Origin: an uncultured virus (IMG/VR IMGVR_UViG_3300025585_000041)
Taxonomy: Duplodnaviria; Heunggongvirae; Uroviricota; Caudoviricetes
DNA: 64,000 nt
IMG/VR virus record: IMGVR_UViG_3300025585_000041
Location: 1 to 64,000 of that record
Direction: 5' to 3' (one strand)
Below the pieces are notes generated by a model, which searched no databases, was not told the DNA's origin, and saw only the letters and a program-made list of their open reading frames with translations. Position numbers and translations under genes: made by a program. Positions 31,310-39,926 of this stretch are shown piece by piece (the first letter of the stretch is position 1; every line of letters starts with the position of its first letter).

Positions 31310-31478
31310 ATATTCTATTTATCAAGGAAAGTTTTCTTGTAAAGTATGTAAAAAAGAGGTAAAAACAATGAGACTATATCCAGCAACAGGCATGGCATCA
31401 TGGATGTGTCAAGATAAACATCTCTCTGAAGTACAACTTTATAAAGTAGGATATAAGAAAATAAAAACAAATGAGTGA
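31302..31478 (+). CDS. Small zinc-binding protein (58 aa, not in ORF track)
   Basis: My translation from GTG: MDKYSIYQGKFSCKVCKKEVKTMRLYPATGMASWMCQDKHLSEVQLYKVGYKKIKTNE; fills the gap with overlaps on both sides. Confidence 0.65.
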   Translation: MDKYSIYQGKFSCKVCKKEVKTMRLYPATGMASWMCQDKHLSEVQLYKVGYKKIKTNE

Positions 31479-31755
31479 AAAAAATGAAAGTAAAAGAATA
31501 GGTGCTAAACAGCATAAAAATTCTGGTAGAAATATAAAAAAGGGCGACGCTACTTGGAAAAATTTTACTATAGACTTTAAGGAAAATTCAAAATCCTTTA
31601 CCCTTAACCATGATGTTTGGGCTAAAGCAACTACTGATGCCATAAGAAATGGAAATGACCCAGCAATTATGGTTATCCTTGGAGAGGGAAATAAAAAAGT
31701 TAGACTTGCTATTATAGAACTAAGCATATTAGAAGAGTTAATCGATAAGGTATAA
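31471..31755 (+). CDS. PD-(D/E)XK nuclease / Holliday junction resolvase-like
   Basis: NSGR...KGDA...IDFKE. Confidence 0.65.
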   Translation: MSEKNESKRIGAKQHKNSGRNIKKGDATWKNFTIDFKENSKSFTLNHDVWAKATTDAIRNGNDPAIMVILGEGNKKVRLAIIELSILEELIDKV

Positions 31756-31762
31756 TGGAGAT

Positions 31763-32395
31763 ATGGGTCTAATTAGAAAAAATGTTTTTTCAAATGAACA
31801 CATAGCAAAAATATATGAATGTGTTGATAAAGAGTTATCCAGTAGAGAACAGATAGACTGGTATGATTCAAAGACTGGGCATGAGTATCCGAATGATAAA
31901 AAATTTATTGCAATTAAGAAAGAGTTACTTTCTAGGTTAGATATAGATAAGTTTGTTTTGCCGTATGAAATTATTACTGTAGCAAAAGAATGTGCTGATG
32001 ATATTTGTTCAGAAATGAATATGAAAGTAACAGGTATTACTGGAATTACATATGTTGAATATAATCCAAAATATGGAGATAACGGACAGCCATATTTAAA
32101 TCCACATAAAGACCATCCTGACGCATCTGATTTTGTCTTAGACTATCAGTTAGATTCAAACATAGATTGGCCAATAGGAATAAATAAAGACGTCTACTCA
32201 TTGTCAAATAATGATGCTCTTGGCATTATAACAACTAAAAATTACCACTGGAGAGCAAAAAGAAGTTGGAATAGTGGAGAGTATGTTAAAATGTTATTTT
32301 TTCATATTGAATTAGAGGATAAAAATATAAATGATTGTACTTATACAAGTGAAGAAATTTGGGATTTTGCAGAAAAATATAACGGAGGAAAATAA
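31763..32395 (+). CDS. 2OG-Fe(II) oxygenase-like protein
   Basis: PHKD, DYQLDSNIDWPI, HWR. Confidence 0.7.
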   Translation: MGLIRKNVFSNEHIAKIYECVDKELSSREQIDWYDSKTGHEYPNDKKFIAIKKELLSRLDIDKFVLPYEIITVAKECADDICSEMNMKVTGITGITYVEYNPKYGDNGQPYLNPHKDHPDASDFVLDYQLDSNIDWPIGINKDVYSLSNNDALGIITTKNYHWRAKRSWNSGEYVKMLFFHIELEDKNINDCTYTSEEIWDFAEKYNGGK

Positions 32396-33012
32396 TGAAG
32401 CATAATGAAAATAATGTAATACTAGATGATATCTTAAATCAGGATGGAATAAATTCTGTAAGAGCATCTATTTCTAGAAACACTGGCGGTAATTTTGTAC
32501 AAGAGCATTGTCAGGCAAACCTATTTATACAACTTGAAAATGCTGTCGCAGAAAAATTTACAAGATTAGCAAGACAGGTTAGTGGAAACAATAATTTAGT
32601 ACTAACAGAGCATTGTTTTGCAAGATATGAGAACGTAACCAGTAATTGTGGCAAGTTTCATTTTAAACCTTCCTTATTTCCGCATTATGATGAAACTTTT
32701 AAGGAGCCAAGGTTTACATTTGATTATCAGTTAAGTTCAAACATTAGTTGGCCAATAGTGGTTGAGCCAGATAAAGAGTTTGTATTAAAAGATAATCAGG
32801 CTATAACTTTTAGTGGAACTCATCAAGTTCATTGGAGAAAGCCAACTTTATTTAAAGAAGGTGATTTTGTAGAAATGATATTCTGTCATTTTTCAGATCC
32901 AACATCTGGACCAAAAGAACCAGACCTAAATCAAAGAATGGACGAAAAGGTTGCAGCATATAGAAAGGCATATTTTGATGCAGGAGGTTGGACAAATGGC
33001 TCAGATTCATAA
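32395..33012 (+). CDS. 2OG-Fe(II) oxygenase-like protein
   Basis: PHYD, DYQLSSNISWPI, HWR. Confidence 0.75.
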   Translation: MKHNENNVILDDILNQDGINSVRASISRNTGGNFVQEHCQANLFIQLENAVAEKFTRLARQVSGNNNLVLTEHCFARYENVTSNCGKFHFKPSLFPHYDETFKEPRFTFDYQLSSNISWPIVVEPDKEFVLKDNQAITFSGTHQVHWRKPTLFKEGDFVEMIFCHFSDPTSGPKEPDLNQRMDEKVAAYRKAYFDAGGWTNGSDS

Positions 33013-33784
33013 TTATTTAACTGGGTTTGATAAGTACAATAAACCATTACCATTTTATATAGATAACTTATTTAATGATGATCAAAAAAATAGAATTATG
33101 TCAATCATTAAAGAAAACAGAAAATTAGAACCATTTGTTATTGGCGATAGAATTGAAGATGGATATATTAGAACTGGAACATTTAAAAGTAGGTTTCAGC
33201 CAAAAATAGCAAAAAATATGTCCCGTGTTTTAATTGAATTTGATATGCCTAAAGATTGTGAGGAAATATTAGACTCAATTGCTAAACCTTTATATAAAGA
33301 ACCAATCGCTCTATGTCATTGGAATTATATTGATTATAATTTAAAATATGGTTATGGTGATAATAGTCCAGCACTACCTCCACATTTAGATGCTGATGAA
33401 AATCTTGTTACTATTAATTATTGTCCAGATACTAATATTGAGTGGGATCTATATGTTGGTAACTGGGATGATACTGGAAACTTTACAAGATACACACTTG
33501 GTCCAGGACAAACTATAGTATTTAGTGCTGTAAATCAGATTCACTGGAGACCAAAACGTAAGTTTAAAGAGGGAGAGTTTTGTGAAATTATTAGTATGGA
33601 CTATTGCCCTATTACAAGTTATAGATTTAATGGAGAAGAAAATCCAATAGATCCAGAAAAATATCCTGATAAAAGACGTGAATATTTAGATAAATTACAA
33701 GCAAGGCCAGACATGCAGGCTGCATTTAAATTATGGGCTGAAGATGGTATAAAAGACGGCATTCCGCCAGAATCGATGGGGTAA
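32996..33784 (+). CDS. 2OG-Fe(II) oxygenase-like protein
   Basis: ATG 32996 after AGGAGG; PHLD, TNIEWDL, HWR. Confidence 0.75.
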   Translation: MAQIHNYLTGFDKYNKPLPFYIDNLFNDDQKNRIMSIIKENRKLEPFVIGDRIEDGYIRTGTFKSRFQPKIAKNMSRVLIEFDMPKDCEEILDSIAKPLYKEPIALCHWNYIDYNLKYGYGDNSPALPPHLDADENLVTINYCPDTNIEWDLYVGNWDDTGNFTRYTLGPGQTIVFSAVNQIHWRPKRKFKEGEFCEIISMDYCPITSYRFNGEENPIDPEKYPDKRREYLDKLQARPDMQAAFKLWAEDGIKDGIPPESMG

Positions 33785-34089
33785 TGGAACAACAACAAAC
33801 TACACTAGAAATGATTAATGGTCTTTCAGAAATCGCAGAATATATGGAAGATGAAGAGTTTACTGTTGCATTAACTACAATTGCAAAGTTAATACTAAAA
33901 CCAGATATTCCTATGAATGTTGCAACTTTAGAGATAGTTAGATTACAAGCAATAGCATCTAAGATGGCATTAAGAGCCACTTGGATGGCAAATGTAGATA
34001 AATCTAATAGAGGCAAAAAGAACCTTTATTATACTGCTGCAGAATCTATAAATAATCTTGTATCTGCACTTAAATATATAACTAGATGA
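33784..34089 (+). CDS. Hypothetical helical protein
   Basis: TAATG-coupled ORF. Confidence 0.6.
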   Translation: MEQQQTTLEMINGLSEIAEYMEDEEFTVALTTIAKLILKPDIPMNVATLEIVRLQAIASKMALRATWMANVDKSNRGKKNLYYTAAESINNLVSALKYITR

Positions 34090-34122
34090 TACCTGCTATA
34101 ATAGTATAAACAAAGGATAACA

Positions 34123-34983
34123 ATGAAAAATTTATTAAAAGAAGTAATGATTAAAGATTCAAAAATAAATAAAACAGCAAAAGATCTAGAAGATATGTCT
34201 TTTATTGATGGTTTAATTGAAAAAATACAGTCTGGATATTTAACTAAAACTAAACCTAAGTTTAGTAAAAAGACTAATTTTTCTGCATCTGGCTTAACTT
34301 ATGGTGCTGGTGAATGTCCAAGATATTGGTATCTAGCATTTGATGGAGCAGTATTTCATGATAACTCAGATGCATATGGTGTTGCAAACAGAACAAATGG
34401 AACTTTGGGTCATGAAAGAATACAAGAAGCAATAGAGGCTTCTGGGTTGCTTGATAAAGACATGGTTATGGATCCAGTTCCAAGAAAGTATAATAAACAA
34501 ACACATCCTTCAATGGAGTTTAGAGTAAGTTTAGAAAATCCACCATTTGATGGTTATGGCGATGTTATGCTTAATATTAATAATGAGCGAGTTATTGGTG
34601 AAATTAAAACTATCACTAATGAAGGTTTTGAATATAAAAAGAATAGTAAGAAGCCTAAGATGGGTCATCTTATGCAACTATTAATTTATATGAGGGTATG
34701 GAAAGTGGATAAGGGTGTAATGATTTATGAGAACAAAAATAATCATGAACTATTAACCTTGCCAGTTGTAATGAACGATCATTTCCGTCGGTGGGTAGAC
34801 CAGGCATTTGATTGGATGAAAGATGTATATGCAAGTTGGAAAAAGCAGGAGTTACCACAAAAACCCTACAGATCTAATTCTAAAATATGCAAAGTTTGTC
34901 CTATTCAAAAAGCATGTGCTGAAGCAGAGACAGGGGTAATTAAAATTAAACCTCTGGAGTTGCTAGAAGATGAAAAGTTGTAA
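34123..34983 (+). CDS. Cas4-like/RecB-family exonuclease
   Basis: CPRYW, GD...GEIKT, QL..Y, CKVCPIQKAC (4-Cys cluster); TGCTATAAT at 34094-34102. Confidence 0.8.
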   Translation: MKNLLKEVMIKDSKINKTAKDLEDMSFIDGLIEKIQSGYLTKTKPKFSKKTNFSASGLTYGAGECPRYWYLAFDGAVFHDNSDAYGVANRTNGTLGHERIQEAIEASGLLDKDMVMDPVPRKYNKQTHPSMEFRVSLENPPFDGYGDVMLNINNERVIGEIKTITNEGFEYKKNSKKPKMGHLMQLLIYMRVWKVDKGVMIYENKNNHELLTLPVVMNDHFRRWVDQAFDWMKDVYASWKKQELPQKPYRSNSKICKVCPIQKACAEAETGVIKIKPLELLEDEKL

Positions 34984-35248
34984 TTGGTGCGATCATACTT
35001 TTGAGCCAACAGTTTCTTATCAGATTTATTGTTCTCCAGAATGCAGGGAATCTGCTACAAAAGAAAAAATAAGTCAAAGATATATTCAGACTAGAAGACA
35101 AAAAAGAAAAGGCAGAAATAGATTATGCAAAAAATGTGGATCAAAGTTATCAATATATAATGATGATTTGTTATGTAATAATTGTTCTGTTAATCCAAAT
35201 GACGTTAAAAAAGCAATAAAACAAATTAAAGGATTATCAAATGGCTAA
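34970..35248 (+). CDS. Zinc-finger protein
   Basis: CNWC, YCSPEC, CKKC, CNNC. Confidence 0.7.
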   Translation: MKSCNWCDHTFEPTVSYQIYCSPECRESATKEKISQRYIQTRRQKRKGRNRLCKKCGSKLSIYNDDLLCNNCSVNPNDVKKAIKQIKGLSNG

Positions 35249-35840
35249 GGCTTTAGAGACAGATAGATATTTTAGAGATGATTTATCTAGTCAGCCAGGA
35301 GTTATTTGTGCAATAGACGCAAGCACTACAAGTTTAGCATTTACAATTTACTCATATAAAAACTTATCAGAACATGGAAAAATAGAATTTAAAGGTAAAG
35401 ATATCTATCAAAAAGTTATAGATGCAAATAAAAAAACAAAAGCATTATTTGACCATTATAACTTAGTTGAAGCAATAATTATTGAGCATACTGTTTTTAT
35501 GAATTCTCCAAAAACTGCAGCAGACCTTGCTCTTGTTCAAGGTGCGATAATAGGCGGTGCTGGGCTGGCTGGTATTAAAATTATTGGTAAGGTTTCTCCA
35601 ATAACATGGCAGTCTTACTTAGGAAATAAAAAATTAACTAAAGAAGAACAGTTAAATATTAGATCCGCTAATCCAGGAAAATCATCATCATGGTATAAAA
35701 CATATGAAAGAGACTTTAGAAAACAAAGAACCATTAAATTATTAGATGTTATTTATGATAAAAAAATAACAGACAATGATGTTGCAGACTCAGCAGGAAT
35801 AGGTCACTGGGCTATAAATAATTGGGAAAAGGCAATTTGA
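35241..35840 (+). CDS. RuvC-like resolvase
   Basis: AIDAST, IIEH, DVADS. Confidence 0.75.
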   Translation: MAKALETDRYFRDDLSSQPGVICAIDASTTSLAFTIYSYKNLSEHGKIEFKGKDIYQKVIDANKKTKALFDHYNLVEAIIIEHTVFMNSPKTAADLALVQGAIIGGAGLAGIKIIGKVSPITWQSYLGNKKLTKEEQLNIRSANPGKSSSWYKTYERDFRKQRTIKLLDVIYDKKITDNDVADSAGIGHWAINNWEKAI

Positions 35841-35851
35841 CAGGATATATT

Positions 35852-36007
35852 ATGGGTGCTAAACTATATACAAACGAACTATGGCTAAAAAAGAGATATC
35901 ATGTTGATAAAAAATCTCCAGAAGCCATAGCAAAGGAGTGTGGTGTTACAGTGGAAACAGTATACGTATATCTTGCTAAATTTGGATTGAGGAAATCAAA
36001 ACGATGA
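35852..36007 (+). CDS. Small HTH protein
   Basis: SPEAIAKECGVTVETVYVYL. Confidence 0.7.
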   Translation: MGAKLYTNELWLKKRYHVDKKSPEAIAKECGVTVETVYVYLAKFGLRKSKR

Positions 36008-36360
36008 ATCCAGTATTTCCAGATATTGATAATTTTAGATGTGATGATTTATATTTACTAACAGTAGGTACATCTGCAGGTAAAGAAATATATGAGTCTT
36101 GTCATGAAATTGCACATATGCTTATTAAAAAAAATATAGCATATGGTAATTCCGCATTAGAGCCAGTTCGTGTTTTTAGCAGGGCTGATGCAAGAGAACA
36201 ATTACATGTACGTATAGACGATAAGTTAAGTAGGATAATGCGTGGCACAGAGTATGTTGGTGATAACGATATTGACGATCTTATTGGATACCTTGTTTTA
36301 TTAAAAATAGCAAAGGCAAAAGAGTTAAAAATGCAGGAAGCATACGGACATGTCGACTGA
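36004..36360 (+). CDS. DUF1599/nucleotide-modification-associated all-helical protein
   Basis: KKNIAYGNS...RIDDKLSRI...DLIGY. Confidence 0.65.
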   Translation: MNPVFPDIDNFRCDDLYLLTVGTSAGKEIYESCHEIAHMLIKKNIAYGNSALEPVRVFSRADAREQLHVRIDDKLSRIMRGTEYVGDNDIDDLIGYLVLLKIAKAKELKMQEAYGHVD

Positions 36361-36883
36361 AGAAGACTTAATTAAACATTTAGATGAAATAAATATAGTA
36401 GTAGGAGAATATCTAAAGGGAAATGATGCTACTAAAATTTCTAAAGATCTTTCTATACCACGTACTCGTGTAGTCCAGCATATCAATGAATGGAAAGTTA
36501 TGGTGTCTGCAAATGATGCCATTCGTGCCCGTGCAAAAGAAGCATTGGCTACTGCTGATACACACTATAATAAACTTATTAGTAAATCATATGAAGTTAT
36601 TGATGAAGCATCATTAACTAATAATTTAAGCGCAAAGACCGCAGCAATAAAGTTAGTTATGGATATTGAATCTAAAAGAATTGATATGTTGCAAAAAGCA
36701 GGCCTACTTGAAAATAAAGAATTAGCAGAAGAAATGTTAGAAATAGAAAAAAAGCAAGAAGTTTTGATGAGTATATTACGAGATATTGCTTCTGAGTATC
36801 CAGAAATTCGTGATGAGATCATGCGTAGACTTTCAGACATTGCTAAAAAAGATGAGGTAATTACAATTGTCCACGATGTTTGA
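36350..36883 (+). CDS. HTH protein, possible terminase small subunit
   Basis: N-terminal HTH plus coiled coil, directly upstream of TerL. Confidence 0.55.
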   Translation: MSTEEDLIKHLDEINIVVGEYLKGNDATKISKDLSIPRTRVVQHINEWKVMVSANDAIRARAKEALATADTHYNKLISKSYEVIDEASLTNNLSAKTAAIKLVMDIESKRIDMLQKAGLLENKELAEEMLEIEKKQEVLMSILRDIASEYPEIRDEIMRRLSDIAKKDEVITIVHDV

Positions 36884-38651
36884 TGATTTTTTAGAAGCAT
36901 TAAAGGATAATCATTTTGAAGAGATTCCTGTTGATGTAAAAACATTTGTTGAGTCTCCAGACTATTTAGGTCAACCACCATTGTCAGATGCACAATACGA
37001 TATTGTTGAAGCAATGAGTCAGATATATAAACAAGAAGACTTACAAAGAATAATGGGTGATAAAGAAGGTGCTGACTATTATAATAAATATACTAAAAAT
37101 GAAATCATTCTTCAACTTGGCAAGGGTAGTGGAAAAGATTTTACTTCTACTGTTGCTTGTGCTTACATTGTGTATAAGTTACTATGCCTTAAGGATCCAG
37201 CAAGATATTTCGGTAAACCCAGTGGAGATGCCATAGATCTTATTAACGTTGCTATTAATGCTCAACAGGCTAAAAACGTTTTCTTTAAAGGATTTGCAAC
37301 TAAAATTGAAAAGTCTCCGTGGTTTGCTGGAAAATATGAAGCAAAGGTTTCTTCTATTAGTTTTAATAAATCAATAACAGTTTACTCTGGACATTCAGAA
37401 AAAGAATCTCATGAGGGTTTAAATCTTTTGCTGGCAGTTCTTGATGAGATTTCTGGATTTGCAACAGAATTACAAAGCGGTAATGAGCAAGGTAAAACAG
37501 CAGATAATATATACAAGGCATTTCGTGGATCTGTGGATTCTCGTTTCCCTGATCTTGGCAAAGTAGTTCTTCTATCTTTTCCACGTTTTAATGGTGACTT
37601 TATTTCTGAAAGATATGATGCTGTGATTGCAGAAAAAGAAACTATAGCAAAAACACATAGATTTATTATTAATCCATTACTTCCAGAAGATGATAAAGAT
37701 AATTGGTTTGAAATTACTTGGGATTATGATGAAATTAAATCATATAAATATCCTGGAGTATTTGCATTAAAAAGAGCAACGTGGGAAGTTAATCCTACAA
37801 GAAAAGTTGATGATTTTAAAATTGCATTTATGACAGATCTTGGTGATGCAATGATGCGTTTTGCATGTGTTCCTACATATGCATCAGATGCATTTTTTAA
37901 ACAGGCTGATAAGGTAAGAGCATGTATGACTATTAGAAACCCATTGGATAATTTTAGAAGATTTGATGCAGGGTTTAAACCAGATCCAGAAAAAGTTTAT
38001 TATGTTCATGCTGACCTTGCTCAAAAACATGACAAGTGTGCTGTCGCAATTGCACATGTAGAGAAATGGGTAAACGTTCAGGTAATTAAAGATTATGAAC
38101 AAATATCTCCAGTTGTAGTAGTAGATGCCGTTGCTTGGTGGGAACCAAGAATAGAAGGGCCAGTAAACTTATCCGAAGTAAAACAATGGATTCAAAATTT
38201 ACGTAGAATAGGGTTTAATATTGGATTAGTGACATTTGACCGATGGCAATCATTCGATATTCAAAACGAATTACAGGCTGTTGGGATGAGGACAGAAACT
38301 GTATCTGTAGCAAAAAAACATTATGAAGATATGGCTATGCTTGTATATGAAGAAAGATTGGCTATGCCTGCTGTAGAACTTTTGTTTGAAGAGTTAACAG
38401 AACTTAAAATTACAAAAACAGATAAGGTAGATCACCCCAGGAAACTGTCAAAAGACTTAGCAGATGCTGTGTGTGGTTCTATTTTTGGTGCTATTTCTTA
38501 TACACCAAGAGATCAAAACCTTGAAGTTGAAGTTCATACCTTTAAAGATAAACCACGTAGAGTTGACACGCTCCCTGAGAACGTGATACAATATAAACCT
38601 AGTCAAATAGAACAAATAAATAACTATTTGGATAGACTAAAAACAATATAA
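36867..38651 (+). CDS. terL: Terminase large subunit
   Basis: LGKGSGKD Walker A, AVLDE Walker B, HADLA nuclease motif, TFDRW, KDLADA. Confidence 0.9.
   Translation: MSTMFDDFLEALKDNHFEEIPVDVKTFVESPDYLGQPPLSDAQYDIVEAMSQIYKQEDLQRIMGDKEGADYYNKYTKNEIILQLGKGSGKDFTSTVACAYIVYKLLCLKDPARYFGKPSGDAIDLINVAINAQQAKNVFFKGFATKIEKSPWFAGKYEAKVSSISFNKSITVYSGHSEKESHEGLNLLLAVLDEISGFATELQSGNEQGKTADNIYKAFRGSVDSRFPDLGKVVLLSFPRFNGDFISERYDAVIAEKETIAKTHRFIINPLLPEDDKDNWFEITWDYDEIKSYKYPGVFALKRATWEVNPTRKVDDFKIAFMTDLGDAMMRFACVPTYASDAFFKQADKVRACMTIRNPLDNFRRFDAGFKPDPEKVYYVHADLAQKHDKCAVAIAHVEKWVNVQVIKDYEQISPVVVVDAVAWWEPRIEGPVNLSEVKQWIQNLRRIGFNIGLVTFDRWQSFDIQNELQAVGMRTETVSVAKKHYEDMAMLVYEERLAMPAVELLFEELTELKITKTDKVDHPRKLSKDLADAVCGSIFGAISYTPRDQNLEVEVHTFKDKPRRVDTLPENVIQYKPSQIEQINNYLDRLKTI
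38563..38592 (+). promoter_or_regulatory. Promoter inside terL 3' end
   Basis: TTGACA-18 nt-TACAAT with TG extension. Confidence 0.65.
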
Positions 38652-38677
38652 GCCAAATGAATAATAAAAGGAGAAAA

Positions 38678-39826
38678 ATGAATTCATTTAAGAAGATCGC
38701 TCTTGCCGTGGTTGCAGCCATGACACTGGGCACATTAGTAGTGACACCTGCAAGTGCCAATACCGTTTCTGTAGACGTAACAACAGAAATTTCTGGCGCA
38801 GGTACTGCAGCCTCACCATTCACAGTTAAGGTTCCTTCTGATAACGTAGTAAGCGTTGCAGATACCACAACTGTAACAAACAACGAAGCATTGCTTCTTA
38901 CTGCAACTGTAGTTGCTGGAACACCAGTGACATTTACAGCAGTAGGTGCAAATACACGCCTCGTCTCTGCAATTGGTTCAACAGTTAATGCATCTGCTGG
39001 ATCCTCATCAATCACAGTCACACCTGCTTCAACAACAGCGACTGTATATGCATATACAACTACAACTGCTGCTTCTGCTGTTACAGTTTCTGTAACTGGT
39101 GCAGCAACAACAATCTATCTTAAGGGTGTTGCAGGTCCTGCATACGATCTTAAGATGTCAATTCCTGCTTCAGGAAACATTTCTGGTAAGGTAACAGCAA
39201 CTTTTGATGTTGCAGATATCTTTGGAAACGCTGTTGCTGATACAGTGACAGTAACTACTCTTGGTGGCGCAACTGCTGGAACAGTAACTGCTGATGCTCT
39301 TGTAACAGGTCGTTACACATCAGATATTACACTTCCTGCAACTGCTGGAAGCGTTGCTGTCGGTGCATCTATTACTGCACCTACATCAGTTCCAACAATT
39401 AAGTTGGCTACAACTTCACAGACTGCAATCGTAACAGTGTCTGATCTTTCATCTGCACTTGCTGTTGCTAATGCTGCGCTTGCTGCAGAAAAGGCTGCTC
39501 GTGCTGCTGATGCAACTACTGCTGCTGCTGCTCTTGCTGCTGCTGTAAAGGCAGAACAAGACAAGGCTGCTGCTGCTGCAATCACTGCTGCTGCAGAACT
39601 TGTTAAGGCTAATGCTGAAGTTGCTAAGTTAAAGGCTGATGCTGTAACTGCAAAGGCTGCTGCTGATAAGGCTCTTGCTGATGCAACTGCTGCACACGCT
39701 GTAGAACTTGCAAAGGTAAAGGCTGACAATGATGTTGCACTCGCTGCAATCAAGAAGGCATTTAATTCTCTTGCTGCAAAGTGGAACAAGGCTAATCCAA
39801 AGGCTAAGGTTGCCACACTTAAGTAA
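38678..39826 (+). CDS. Secreted Ala/Thr/Val-rich surface protein (Ig-like repeats + Ala-rich coiled coil)
   Basis: AAAGGAG RBS; signal peptide MNSFKKIALAVVAAMTLGTLVVTPASA; strongly biased codons. Confidence 0.75.
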   Translation: MNSFKKIALAVVAAMTLGTLVVTPASANTVSVDVTTEISGAGTAASPFTVKVPSDNVVSVADTTTVTNNEALLLTATVVAGTPVTFTAVGANTRLVSAIGSTVNASAGSSSITVTPASTTATVYAYTTTTAASAVTVSVTGAATTIYLKGVAGPAYDLKMSIPASGNISGKVTATFDVADIFGNAVADTVTVTTLGGATAGTVTADALVTGRYTSDITLPATAGSVAVGASITAPTSVPTIKLATTSQTAIVTVSDLSSALAVANAALAAEKAARAADATTAAAALAAAVKAEQDKAAAAAITAAAELVKANAEVAKLKADAVTAKAAADKALADATAAHAVELAKVKADNDVALAAIKKAFNSLAAKWNKANPKAKVATLK

Positions 39827-39842
39827 TTAAAACTTAAACATT

Positions 39843-39874
39843 AAGGGCGTAGATTAATTTCTACGCCTTTTTTT
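39843..39874 (+). terminator. Intrinsic terminator
   Basis: AAGGGCGTAGA-ttaatt-TCTACGCCTTT plus T run. Confidence 0.88.
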
Positions 39875-39886
39875 GTTTTAATATAA

Positions 39887-39895
39887 TGTTATAAT
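39887..39895 (+). promoter_or_regulatory. Extended -10 promoter
   Basis: TGTTATAAT just after the terminator. Confidence 0.6.
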
Positions 39896-39926
39896 AATCT
39901 TATTATAACTGGAGGAAGAAAGGAAA

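Noticed and set aside
34123..34983. CRISPR-Cas system from the Cas4-like gene
   Set aside because: No repeat-spacer array or other cas genes seen; solo Cas4-like nucleases are common in phage recombination modules
36004..36360. Evidence for a defined DNA base-modification pathway
   Set aside because: A single DUF1599-like gene; no thymidylate-synthase-like, TET/JBP, PurZ or queuosine-pathway genes recognised in the window
22157..38651. Inteins or introns in DnaB, DnaE, RecA or TerL
   Set aside because: Lengths are ordinary, motifs are contiguous, and no splice-junction motifs were seen
39313..39816. 167-aa minus-strand Ala-rich ORF, and the other minus-strand ORFs in the track
   Set aside because: Antisense shadows of + strand genes with biased codons; no RBS or recognisable motifs
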